In this document: positions 48,201 through 61,732 of the stretch, piece after piece
Layout of the letters: each line of letters starts with the position of its first letter
Numbering within the stretch: position 1 is the first letter of the stretch
NCBI GenBank assembly: GCA_030141605.1
Contig: JAQGDQ010000343.1
Coordinates: 124,001-188,000, forward strand
Length of the DNA: 64,000 bases
Origin: Tubiluchus corallicola
Taxonomy: Eukaryota; Animalia; Priapulida
Direction: 5' to 3'
The notes under the pieces: generated by a model
The model's database searches: none
Seen by the model: only the letters and a program-made list of their open reading frames with translations
What the model was told of the DNA's origin: nothing
Made by a program: the position numbers and the translations under genes

Positions 48201-51200
48201 GGAGAAATGGGTAGACACAGGAAAAAATCTCCTTTGGAAAAATGGGTGGACACAGGAAAAAAAGATCCTTTAGAAAAACGGGTGGACCCAGGAGAAAAGC
48301 TCCTTTAGAAAAACGGGTGGACCCAGGAAAAAAGATCCTTTAGAAAAACGGGTGGACCCAGGAAAAAAGATCTTTTAGAAAAATGGGTGGACCCAGGAAA
48401 AAAGATCCGTTAGAAAAATGGGTGGACCCAGGAAAAAAATCTCCTTTGGAAAAATGGGTGGACCCAGGAAAAAAGATCCTTTAGAAAAACGGGTGGACCC
48501 AGGAAAAAACCACCTTTAGAAAAACGGGTGGACCCAGGAAAAAAGCACCTTTAGAAAAACGGGTGGATGCTGGAAAAAAGCACCTTTAGAAAAATGGGTG
48601 GACCCAGGAAGAAAGATCCTTTAGAAAAATGGGTGGACAAAGGAGAAAAGCTCCTTTAGAAAAACGGGTGGACCCAGGAAAAAAGCACCTTTAGAAAAAC
48701 GGGTGGACCCAGGAAAAAAGCACCTTTAGAAAAACGGGTGGACCCAGGAAAAAAGCACCTTTAGAAAAACGGGTGGATGCTGGAAAAAAGCTCCTTTAGA
48801 AAAACGGGTGGACCCAGGAAGAAAGATCCTTTAGAAAAACGGGTGGACCCAGGAAGAAAGATCCTTTAGAAAAACGGGTGGACCCAGGAAAAAGCTCCTT
48901 TAGAAAAACGGGTGGACCCAGGAAGAAAGATCTTTTAGAAAAATGGGTGGACCCAGGAAAAAAGCTCCTTTAGAAAAACGGGTGGACCCAGGAAAAAAGC
49001 TCCTTTAGAAAAACGGGTGAACCCAGGAAAAAGCTCCTTTAGAAAAACGGGTGGACCCAGGAAAAAGCTCCTTTAGAAAAACTGGTGGACCCAGGAAAAA
49101 AGCTCCTTTAGAAAAACTGGTGGACCCAGGAAAAAGCTCCTTTAGAAAAACGGGTGGACCCAGGAAAAAAGCGCCTTTAGAAAAACTGGTGGACCCAGGA
49201 AAAAGCTCCTTTAGAAAAACGGGTGGACCCAGGAAAAAAGCGCCTTTAGAAGAACGGGTGGGATGAGCAAAAAAGCTGTTAGGGGTCTTGTGGGAGCTCA
49301 TCAATGCATTTTACTACATGCTACTTGTGCCTGCTAGCTATTTTCTCAAGGAATTTCTCTAATTTAGAACAGGTGTCACCTCAAACATTACACACCTAAA
49401 TATTGGTAAACAAATGAAATATACTTTTGCAGGTATTAGATTTTAATAAATGCATAACTAGAATCAAGCCCAGGACCACTGGGCCCTAAAATCCATGACT
49501 GCGTACCTCTGCTTACGCACTAGTGCAGGAAATTTGTTTCTCATATGAAACCAGATTGAATTTGTTGTAAATGAAGGACTGCTCACATAAACGATAAACT
49601 TCTTCATTGACTTTTAAAGGTATGATAACATAAGGTTATGCATTTTTTAAAAAATGGACCTGTAATTAAAATCTGGAAATACACCAAGCACTGTAAGCAT
49701 TGCTACAAACTTCATGAAATTCAGCTTGGTAAATTGATAAAAAGATTAACATTAATATTTAATTTTGTATCACTAAAATTAGAAAATAAGTGAAAAAAAA
49801 TCCATCTGTCAAAAATACTAATTATCATTCCTTAAAATTTGTGCTATAAAATATTTTACAATAACAAAAGCTATGCTAGTTTACAGTATCTTTCAATTCT
49901 CCAATGTTTTTTGTGAACAGCTAGTGCCATCTGTTGTCAGCTGTCAGAGTTGTGTTTTACAAATAATTCCCTATCCACTATTCTATTAGCAATGTGAATG
50001 AGTTTTTTACAACTCGGTAGGTCACCAGTAATTGCAATAATTTTTGTTTTGGCATTTTTTAATTGTTGAAAAAACAACTTTCATTGCTTATCAGTGCTGT
50101 TATGATATCTTTAGCTAACCCTTGTAGATGCATTCGAGTTTTATATGTTTCATTTCGCCTATCACCTCGTGGATGTGCACAGTCAAAGAATGGTAAGTTA
50201 AACAAATATTTAATACTATTTTCATTGTTTACACTTCACATACAAACTGTATTATTATTATTATTGTTTCTGTTGCAGTCGTTGTCATCATTATCATCGC
50301 TGTCACACAACCAGTGGCGGCTCATAGCTAAAATTAGTGGAGCGCTGCTTGAGAACATTTTTAGCCGTTGTTTTGATACTGTGTAAAACACAACAAACAT
50401 ATGTAGTTTGTAATTTTTAACAAACAAACATATGAAAGTTTATACATAAACTTGATGAAATCCTAAACAAGAAAAATATTTTTTGCTTACTAATAACCTA
50501 AATTGTCAAGCTTGATCCATTCACGGTAAGCACAACAAACTGTGTGAGCGACATTACTTTCTTTACCTGTGCGCATGGCCGCATGCACACAACAGCCAGA
50601 AACTACGTTGCTGGAGCGCACTGTGCTGGGCTGTGAAGCAAACAGTACTACCTTCATGTGCTCTGGTACAAGTTCAAAGAACGAATTATAGAAGAAAGAT
50701 TTATTATATTGAATATTATCTGCGCTCTCGCGAATTCTAAATACGCCTACTACACCCACCGCTGAACGGGTTATCTATCCATGGCCAGCACCAGCCATGG
50801 CCCGTTCCCGTCCTCCAGAAATAAGAGGTATAAGTTTTTTTGTTTTTACGTTTAATAATTAATGTTTTCTGTTTGCGTTAGAACACAAACGTATGGGCCA
50901 CACCTACGGATGCTGTGTACACGGTGCTCGCGGAAGATTACATGGCATTTTTCCTTCCACCTGTGGGCTTTGTTCCCGCTATCAACACGATCGCCCCGCG
51001 GCGGGACGTCAGTCCCTTGCATTCGCCAAGGGCTTTTCTAGATAGCATGTAAGTGTTGGTGCGTGATTTCGTTGTTCCTGTTCCTGTTCGTTAACGTTTC
51101 ACTACGTTGCTGCTTTTTAACAGGACCACATTGAGTTTTGTACATTTGACAATAATTTCTTGTGGTGTGTTACTAAAACAGAATCTTGTAAATAAACAAA

Positions 51201-54200
51201 TAGAGTATTAGTTGTTCGTTATAGAGTATTAATATTAAGTATTAGTTTTGTTTCTACATATGCACACACACACATATATTCACTCACGCACACATGCACA
51301 CAATCATAAATAAGCATGTACTTTTCATAAAATGCACAATACTAATCTGTAATATGCAATCATTTTATAAGAATGCAGAACAAGTGACTAAACATGCTTC
51401 ACCAACTATCAACAAGCAATTTTGCATAAGAACACGCTATACAGTACAGTATATGGAATGCACCTGGCTTCAGACACTGATTGGCTGGTTAGTGTTACTT
51501 GTTGCAAAGCAACCCCAATCCCACGGGTGTTAAACTTTTCTACAATGTTTTACATGGCCGTAGCAGTGAAATAAACAGACCTGGGTGACTGCACTTAGTG
51601 CTGATCTTGGGCAGCAGTCTACCACCTTCCATCCCTTGCATGAAAAACATAGGCTTCCGTAGTGAAAGGGTTAATAAGCAAGAAAAGCATTGTTTTCAAA
51701 GTGGTACTAACTCAACATTGTTTCATTTTAGTTTTAGATTATAGAGCAGGCTTATTATTTTGAAAGAAAAATAGAGATTTCTTTTGTTTTAAGTTGTCAT
51801 CCTGCTAGCACTTCTGCCGTCAACGCTGCTGCAGCTGCCACCACCACTGTCACTGCCACTACACTGCTGCTAGTATTACCACTACCATTACCACTACCAC
51901 TGCATTGCCACTGCGACTATCACTAAGACTACCATTACCACAACTACTACAGTGCCACTGGTACTGTCAGTAGCACTACATCTAGTACTACACTGTCACC
52001 ACCACGACCACTACGCTATCACTACCATTACCACTACCACTGCATTGCCACTGCGACTACTGCTAATACTACCATTACCACAACTACTACAGTGCCACTG
52101 GTACTGTCAGTAGCACTACATCTAGTACTACACTGTCACCACCACGACCACTACACTATCACTACCATTACCACTACCACTGTATTGCCACTGCGACTAC
52201 CACTAATACTACTATTACCACAACTACTACAGTGCCACTGGTACTGTCAGTAGCACTACATCTAGCACTACACTGCCACCACTGCTACCACTACACTACC
52301 ACTACCATTACCACTAGAACTACCTCTGCTGCTACACAGCCACTACTACTAAGTCTTACTTACTGTGTAGACTTACTACATTAATAGATATGTTTTCAGA
52401 AATGGGTTTTTGTGTATGAAGAGGCTTAGCAAACTGCATAGAATTGAGAGAAAGGATGTCCAACAGGAAGTGTTCTTGTAAACATGTTCTACTGCAAGAG
52501 TATTTTTAGCTGCTTGTTAGACTGGGAACATTTTGCAGGCACTTGAGCAGTGTAACTGACTAAAAATTAATGATATGAGTTTATTTATGGTACTGCATTT
52601 TAGGTTTAGTGATAGCACACACAGTCGACCGAGTCCGTACGCCAGTTTTCAATCGCGAAGTCCAGTGAACGGTCAACCGGGCAACGACAGTGGCTTGATG
52701 CGATCACTTATACACCCTCCTCCTCGATATCAGACCTCGCCAAACGAAGGCCGTCAGCTCGAGGCCCAACATCTCCAGTACGATACTTGGCGTTCAGAAC
52801 TATTCCTGAGGGTAAGTAACCACGTTTTTACACTAAGTCATATATGCTTTATGCAAATGGCTAGCATTTAGCACTCAATCGGGAAGTAAAAACGTTAATG
52901 TAATTGTACAATTTTATGTAACTTGTGTGTTTCTAGACCAGAATAATGCAATAAGTGCTGTTTTAATGTTTGAAATTAGGTAAAAATGTTGTTTATGAGC
53001 TAAAAAATGGCTTTGAGAGAAGTAAAAAATATCATTTAAAGTGAGGAAAAAGTGTCGAATGTTTAAAGGACAAGAAAAGGCCTAGTTAACGCAAAATCTT
53101 CAGAAAATTTTCGCTAAAGAATTATAATGGTTAGAGGCAATCTTAAGCGTTTATCATACTCACGTTAAAAGAATTTCCTGTTTGTTTTCATTTTAAATAC
53201 TCCCGTGAGACTGTCTAAGGACATTTTAGATGGAGTCACAGATCCACAACACAAATCTTTATAGTACACGTGCTCAGAACTCACTGCGACTGTGTTCGAG
53301 TGACGTCATGCCACGTGATCAGTCACATGATGGCTTTTCAAGTGGCGGACTAAATGAAACATGTCTGCTCCAACGTTTACTGCAGCGGTTGAAATATGTT
53401 ACAAAAATTGGAGTAAATGCGAAAACGTGAGTACTTCACTCGCTTAAGATTATACTTAGGTGATGTAATTTTTTATTGCGAATTTTCTGAGGCTTACTTT
53501 GGTTGGCCATTTTCTTGTCCTTTAATGTCGCTAAATGGATAGTCGTTAAGCGAGGACTTACTGTACTTAGAAATAAACATTCTGCTTACTAAAGAGAGAT
53601 AGCTTGCGAAGAAGATGTTAGATATTAGATGTTGCTCAAGCATGTGGTAGAAAATTCTATGCATTTAACTGGCTTCTTATGTCTTGTTATTTGCAATACG
53701 AGTGACATTTGCCAAGTGAAAATAATCCACCTGTGTTCTGCGATGGTATTGATTTTTTTCTGCAGGTATTGGTGGAGATGTGGCTTAATCAGAGTAGCCT
53801 GGAGTGGTCGAAACCGACGCAGCGTTTCAGCAGCATGGCCAGCACAGTTGATTACGTATGTTTTTTCGCATACTTTTGTTATACATGAAATTAATTTAGA
53901 TCCTGGAATGTATTTTATGTACAGCCAACCTCGGGTATAAGGTACTCGCTTATAAGGGACCACCAGCACCGGTCTCCATTTTTTGTGACTTTTTCCCTTA
54001 TAAAAATCTTCGTATATAAGGTACTCGGATATAAAGGATTTTTGGTTATAAGGGACGATATCTTCAGGTTCCCAGGTAAAGAATCCCAGGGTAAATATAA
54101 GGGACCCTATGATCAAAGCGAAATTGATCAATTTTTCGCAAACTCGGCCTTCGAACAGCTCGGTTTCCGCAGTCACATACATCTCACATCACTGAAGCAG

Positions 54201-57200
54201 CTTCCTACATACCGCTTGCAGTGAATGTGTAGCAATAATTCATAAAAATATGGGTAAAAGTACAGGTCTAGATACACCCTCGGTCTGACTCAACATCGGC
54301 TACAAGGGACATCGGATATAAGAGACAATTTTTTCCGGTCCAGAAGTGTCCCTTATATCCGAGGTTGGCTGTACATGTAAGAATACCGAAATTACAGTTC
54401 GAGGTCTTGCTTAAAATGCAAAAGAAATTTTTAGTCGTTCTTGAATCTGGCCAAGTGAATCCAGCTGCAGACATACATGACGATGCCAATAGCATCAATG
54501 CTTCCAAGTCACTTATTAGAAACACTGTAGCCAGTAAACAAGTATAAACCTGTTTTTCTTTTTATCTCTTACTGCAGATGTTTTACCAAAGTGAGCAGAT
54601 TGTGTTTATCTTTGTTTATATTTTGTATATTTTGTTTTATCAATTTTGTATAAATTGTAATATTTAAATTGTTTTTAAACTTTGTAATTGACTAATTTCT
54701 AAATCAATTCTATATCCCGGTATTTTTAATGCTCCCAGTGTGCAATATTTTTTTGTAATACTTTTGTCCTTTTTTATTTCGCGGACCACTTCGAAAATAA
54801 CTAATAGTTTTGTAATTGTTGGTGAAAGCGTTATCCACGTTAAATAAAGAATTAATGATAATAATAACAGTGATATAAGCTGCAAATGTGAAAAGCATGA
54901 GTTGTCAAAACTAATGGTTTATTTTCACTCATAAATAGAGCAAATTATTTAAAAATATCGTGACAGATAAACAAATTTTATTGTTACACCAAATATCGGA
55001 TTTCCTCGAGGAGGGTAGCCACTGAACACCATGTTGTGTGAGTGGTCAGCAGTGACCACAATTAGCGTATCTGATGGGTCAGCCATGTCCAGTGCTTGTT
55101 GTATGGCTGCATCGAGCTGGACGACTTCGCTGATGGGTTTGACTGCCTGACCAGCGTGATGGCCATCATCTATCTTCTCATCTGTAACAACAGCAATGTT
55201 TAAGTTTAATGCTTTCCAATTAGTATAGCATTTTGGTTACAGATGTCACCACACTTGGAATAACTTTTGTTATAGGTATGGACGCCCACGGATTCACTTG
55301 TGTAAGCTACATTCTGCTTAACAGAAAGCAGCCTAAGTGTAGAAATATATTGTGACATCACTTCAGTGTGTTAACTTACCCATTCTCCCAAGATCAAGAA
55401 AAAATAGCTTTTTATATGAGAAATTTATTTCATCATCAGGGTTCAGCTAAATGCAACTTTATTTTCATGAGCTTTCTAATGTTTTTGCATTTTTTTCTAA
55501 CTTCACAGTTGCATTTTGTTTTGTTTAGTCAGGTTACAATAAACTAACTAATGTCAAAGGTCAAACTATCAGCTGTTACTAGGAAACTGGCGCGCCATTA
55601 CTCACCGGGAAGCAGCGGGAAAGAGCGCGTCCCCAAAACTAATTACGAATACTTCAATCGTTTCTCTTATAACATGCAAAAGATCATTATATCGTCTAAT
55701 ATTGCTGTTTGTACTTATGTCTAATTTAAAGGATAAGAAAGGGGGTACCTGAAATAGGTTTCATAATAATCGCCTTTAAAAATTATATTAGTTTAGGCAT
55801 ATATCGTGCTGACGTTGAAAGGATTTTTTATTTGTCTTCATTTTAAATCTACAATACAGTTCCGTAGTCGCCATTGCATGACGTAACCTGCTTAAACGTT
55901 AATCAGGGGAAGGAAAGGCAATGTTAAATTACGACCCAAAAAATTTTTCCATGCAAATCTATATTACTAGGCATTACGCTTACCTGCTGAAATGACTTGT
56001 GTAACTAGAAAAAATCATTTAAAATGTTCGTGCCAATTGGTAAAATGTCGTTGGTTCACCCTTCGGCTTGTGCCACTCACTAGCCAAAAACTTATTTTTA
56101 ATCCTATTGACAAGATACAGTGATTTAAAATTTTACTTAGTTAATAGCATGTGTGCTACGAATGCTCTGATTATTTTTTCGAACTTCATGCAATGTTATC
56201 TAAACTTACTTCAAACGACTTACCATTAAAATCATCTAAGGGTCATCGCGGGAGTTTAAGTTTACAAGTTTTATAAAGCGTTACTGTCGTTAAAGCGACA
56301 CAAGCCCTGCATGCAAAAAGGCAGCGTGTAAGTGGTATAAAATTTTAAGCTTTATGTAATTGGTTTTCTCGTGCTTTAATCGTGCATGAGTTTTAGTGAT
56401 TGCAGAGGTGTTATTTTCCCATTTTCCAGGAGCACTTTCTTCCCAGTCAGGATCACATCAAAGTCGTCCGCATGCTCATCAAACACTTGCACTATTTCAA
56501 CAATAGCGCTCAGCAAGAGGTCATCACTCACGCGCAGCACAGCCTGGGAGCAAGCAACTGGATGGAATTCAAACGGTCGGTAAAATAATTCAGTTTTTCG
56601 GCTTCGTTTTCAGTTTGCTATTATTGCCCAAGAATTTCCAGGTATTGGAAAATTCCAAAGCTTGCCGTTGCCATTTTTATTTGGATTTTTGAATAATTGA
56701 AAAACAGAATCAACTTTGTACCCAGTATGCGTCTATGCCATAAGCCTAACTTTGTACCCAGTATGCTTTCTCTGACAAAGCAGCTTACTTTTCTTATGAT
56801 TAGTTCTGTTTCATAAAGGCCCCCAAACTCTATGTATGTGTTGCTTCACAATGCAAGTGAAGTCCCACAGAATTATAAACAAACATACAAACAAAAACAA
56901 ATAAACAAGTAAAGCAACAAACAAGGTTTTTGCTTGAAAAGCATTTTATTTTGCATTGTTAGTACTCACATTCTTTTCATGTTAATAAACAGTGGCCTTG
57001 GGTTGTCACAATTACTTAGCATCGTACAGAAACAAGTTCATAGTGTATTGTCAGTAGCTTCGTGCTTTGGTCTGTAAAGGCTTAGGTTTTCGGTTCGGTC
57101 CAGAGGACGGTCTAGGTTCTCGCAGATAATGGCAGCGAGCTTCGCGGTCCCGAGTGGACGGGGAGTGAATCCACATTGACAACTTGGAAGCCGATGTTGG

Positions 57201-60200
57201 GCGTGCGTTCGTAGCCGTATCCTGCACCTTGTTCGGTGTTGCCTTCGCCGCTAGCCGTCTGCGTGTAGGTTTGAGTGGCGTCCTGCGTGGCGGATCTTGT
57301 AGCGCTGAGTTCAATACCGGCTTCTCCTGATCCGGATCCGGTACGGTCGGATGAGCTGGATTCTGTCTGACGAGCATAGCCAGAACTGTATTTAGATCCG
57401 ATTACTACCTGTTCTGCTTGTCCAGCATTTATTGCACCTCGTGGTGCCAAGGCTGCAGCCTGGTTGCGCCAGCCATTGAAGTCAAAAGCGTCGACGCTGA
57501 TGTACAGGTGGCCAAATGGATCGATGCCAAATGCGCGAGAGTCGATGTTGCTGAAGCCTTCAATGCTGATGGGACCGGTGCCTCCGAAAGAAAAGCCCCC
57601 ACTACGAGCTCCACTTACAAATCCTCTTGAACCACTTCCAGATGTTCTTATTGCTAGAGGATCAACTCCACTTACAAATCTTCCTCCTCCTCTGCTCCCT
57701 GTTAGGACAACTGTGCTTCCACCTCTGCTGCCGAATCCTGCAGATCCACCTCTACCTGTTCCTGTTAGAGTGATGCCAGCTCTACCGCCCAGAGATCCAC
57801 GGCCAGTTCCCACAAACCCACTAGATCCACGTCTGCTTGTTCTCGTTATAATGACGTCGCCTCCACCCAGAGATCCTCTGCCAGTTCCAACAAACCCACC
57901 TAATCCACTGCCAGTTCCAACAAACGCACCAGATCCACGTCCGCTTGTTCTCGTTACAATGACTCCACCCCCACCTCTACCGACTCGTGATCCAAATCTT
58001 GACGCGTATCCCAAACCATCTCCTGCGTAGCCGCGACCCGATCCACCATAAGAAGTGGATTGGAATGTCCTGCTACCACTTGTGCCTCGAACACCAAGGA
58101 TGCCACCTTCGCCAAGGGCCTCACTCAACACGCCAACTGCGCAGCAAAGTAGGACAACACCCCGTAACATGTTTACCTGAAAGTTAACAAGCAGTTAAAA
58201 ATAACGAGTAATTAACGTTGTCATGTTTAATTATAATCACGTCGTCGTAATTAGTCATTTAGAAAAAACAAAGTACTTAAAGGAAAACCGGACGATTGTT
58301 TAGACTCAATCTCATTTTAATTTACTGTCCAAAATATACATTTTCTTGCCTATAACAGTTAGCAATTGTTCCTTATATTTGAATAATTAGCTTAGAAAGT
58401 TAATTAACGGCAACCGAACACAGCTATTGCTTACGTCAGAAACTAACCACATATTGTGCAATGGCAGGCGTCTTCCCTTGCGCATCACGTACATTTGCGT
58501 AAGTGTTACGGCTTAAATGCATGATGTCGCGAAAATGGGCTTTATGACGTCAGAAATTAACACTGCAGTTCATGATCATGGTTATCACGGTACCACCTTC
58601 TATTTGTTGGCCATGCGAATGTGACAAAAAGGCGCCGCTGCCAATCTTAGTAGATTCACTGAGCCGCGCGTAGCTTTGAAAGCTTAACGAAATTTGAGTA
58701 TCCGAGGTAATTATTATTTAATCTAAGCTTTGATTCAAAAAAAGCTATTGTAGTTTTCAATATTTTAGAGCATTTTTATTCTGAACTCGTGTTTACACAA
58801 TCGTCCGGTTTTCCTTTAAGGTTACAGTGAACAAGTCACACCTTTTTCTGACACAGTACATTTCAATCTGTTTTAGTAACGTCTCATTATGTGACTAATG
58901 GCCCATTCAGATGTAGAGACTTCTCTTGCAACTTGTTGTGCAACTTCTCTCTGACAGAAGTTGTCAAGCCATTCACACGTTGCATTAAGTTGCTAGAGAA
59001 GTTGTCAAGCCGTTCACACGTTGCAACAAGTTGCTAGAGAAGTTGTCAAGCCGTTCACACGTTGCAACAAGTTGCTAAAGAAGTTGTCAAGCCGTTCACA
59101 CGTTGCAACAAGTTGCTAGAGAAGTTGTCAAGCCATTCACACGTTGCAACAAGTTGCTAGAGAAGTTGTCAAGCCATTCACACGTTGCAACAAGTTGCTA
59201 GAGAAGTTGTCAAGCCGTTCACACGTTGCAACAAGTTGCTAGAGAAGTTGTCAAGCCATTCACACGTTGCAACAAGTTGCTAGAGAAGCTGTCAAGCCGT
59301 TCACACATTGCCACAAGTTGCTACTTACTGACGCATTGATATCATTGCACACATTAAATTTTTTGCCTCATTCAAATTCATGAAAAACTGGTACTGGGAC
59401 TTAACTTTAATGTATGTATGCAACATTACACATTGTGCTTACTATGTAACATAAAAATATTTACTACATATGTATATAGCACATTTATATAAATTGCTTA
59501 AAGGCAGTGTAAATTCGATATTAAACATATATACATACATATATATATATATATATATAAATAATACACCGCTTCTTGATTTGCCTATTAAGTAATTAAT
59601 TAATTATGCACACAGATTCAAGTTTTCTGTAATTTTTACTTGCACCTTGTAATACTTTAATACATGTTAGCACTTTACTTTACATCACTATGGTGTACTT
59701 ACCTCTAATGGGAGTAAAAACAGAACAGTGGAACTTGTTCCTGTAATGATAAGCAATTGGCAACGAGTGCCTGTCCCGCGGAACTATTTATACCTTTGCC
59801 ACACTCGCCGACCCACGTTCATGCTTCGTAGAACCATGCTATTGGTTAACATGAAGTAAGCGCAGCAGACGCCTATCAATCGCACCACCTCAATGTCACG
59901 AGATTCGTAGTTCCGTTTTATTACTATTATTAAATTTGTGCATTTTATCTTGGCGATTGGTTTATGTCCATTTTACGATGATTTATCGGCGTTGATTGTC
60001 GTCTGCCGTCCACTGCATAACTTGGCAATCTGTGGAGCAACCTTGAGAGCAAGCGTTGTGGAATATAAATGAAAGGGTTGGTGCTCCGGGGCATGGAATA
60101 ATAATGTGTTTTGAGACTGCTATGTTTGCTGCAGCTGTCACATTTTTATTTTTCTCTTCACATAACTAAAGGCCATTCATTAAAATTAATAGGCTAAATA

Positions 60201-61342
60201 TATTTTTATAGCATCCTCTGAATGACCTTTGCCCAAAAACCTGTTGAGTTAATGGCATTAGATAACAATTTTGTAAATCTGAATGCTATAAAAAATATTT
60301 TTAGCAAGAGCGAACTGACATTTCTTATTTTCCTATAGCACTACAAGTGCCTGCTAGCGTTGCATACTTTCTGTGTAATATTAATAGGCTAGTTTCTTAA
60401 TGCAATACACCTACCATTACACATTTAAAACTTAATTTTTCTAATATTGCGAGTGACTGTCACAGCATATTTATCCAGAATTACAAATATTAATTAACCA
60501 TAGATCTCTTTTATGAACACCCATCCGACTAACCAACCAACCTAGGTTAGTTCAGTTGATAAGTAGCCATAGGATTCTAGTCGTTTTGCCAGTTTTAACG
60601 TGTTTGCTAGACCAAGATGTTGTCCATTTTCTTCAAGGATATTTATCCAGAATTACAAATATGAATTAACCATAGATCTCTTTTATGAACACCTATCCAA
60701 CTAACCACCCGACCTAGGTTAGTTCAGTTGATAAGTAGCCATAGGATTCTCCTCGTTTTGCCAGTTTTAACGTGTTTGCTAGACCAAGATGTTGTCCATT
60801 TTCTTCAAGGACATTTATCCAGAATTACAAATATTAATTAACCATAGATCTCTTTTATGAACACCTATCCGACTAACCAACCAACCTAGGTTAGTTCAGT
60901 TGATAAGTAGCCATAGGATTCTAGTCGTTTTGCCAGTATTAACGTGTTTGTTAGACCAAGATGTTGGCCATTTTCTTGAAGGACATTTGCCGTTTGTCAG
61001 TAATGCAATGTTGTAATTGATGTACATTGAAACTGTCTTGCAAAACATGACACTAATATAAATGAATGAAGTTTTCACTTTTTTCCTAACAGCAGGAATT
61101 TTGCTTGCTGGGTGTTGTCTTGTTGTTGGACTCAGTTTGATGATCTGATAGTTAATTTGTTAGAAACTCCATATTGGTGGTGAAGGTTTCCTAGATCTTT
61201 TTTAATAATAGTAGTAGTAGTGGTAGTGGTAGTGGTAGTGGTAGTGGTAGTGGTCGTGGTGGTAGTCGTAGTGGTAGTGGTGGTAGTCATTGTAGTCATC
61301 GTCGTAGTAGTCGTAGTAGTAGTAGTAGTGGTAGTAGTAGTT

Positions 61343-61373
<31 letters not shown>

Positions 61374-61519
61374 TGGTAGTGGCAGTGGCAGTAGTAGTGG
61401 TAGTGGTAGTGGTAGTAGTAGTGGTAGTGGCAGTGGCAGTGGTAGTGGTAGTGGTCGTGATGGTGGTGGTAGTAGTAGTGGTAGTGGCAGTGGCAGTGGT
61501 AGTGGTCCTGGTGGTAGTC

Positions 61520-61566
<47 letters not shown>

Positions 61567-61597
61567 CGTCGTCGTCGTCGTCGTCGTCGTAGTCGTC

Positions 61598-61644
<47 letters not shown>

Positions 61645-61680
61645 CGTAGTCGTAGTCGTAGTCGCAGTAGCAGTAGCAGT

Positions 61681-61732
<52 letters not shown>

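Noticed and set aside
49005-49304. Repeat ORFs on both strands
   Set aside because: 35-bp minisatellite translation
55375-55420. Preceding ALP exon ([10 protein letters not shown] resembling GFFLLVEG, then GTAAGT)
   Set aside because: Weak similarity, wrong phase, no upstream ALP sequence
57418-58187. Pro-rich and other plus-strand ORFs
   Set aside because: Antisense shadows of the Gly-rich gene
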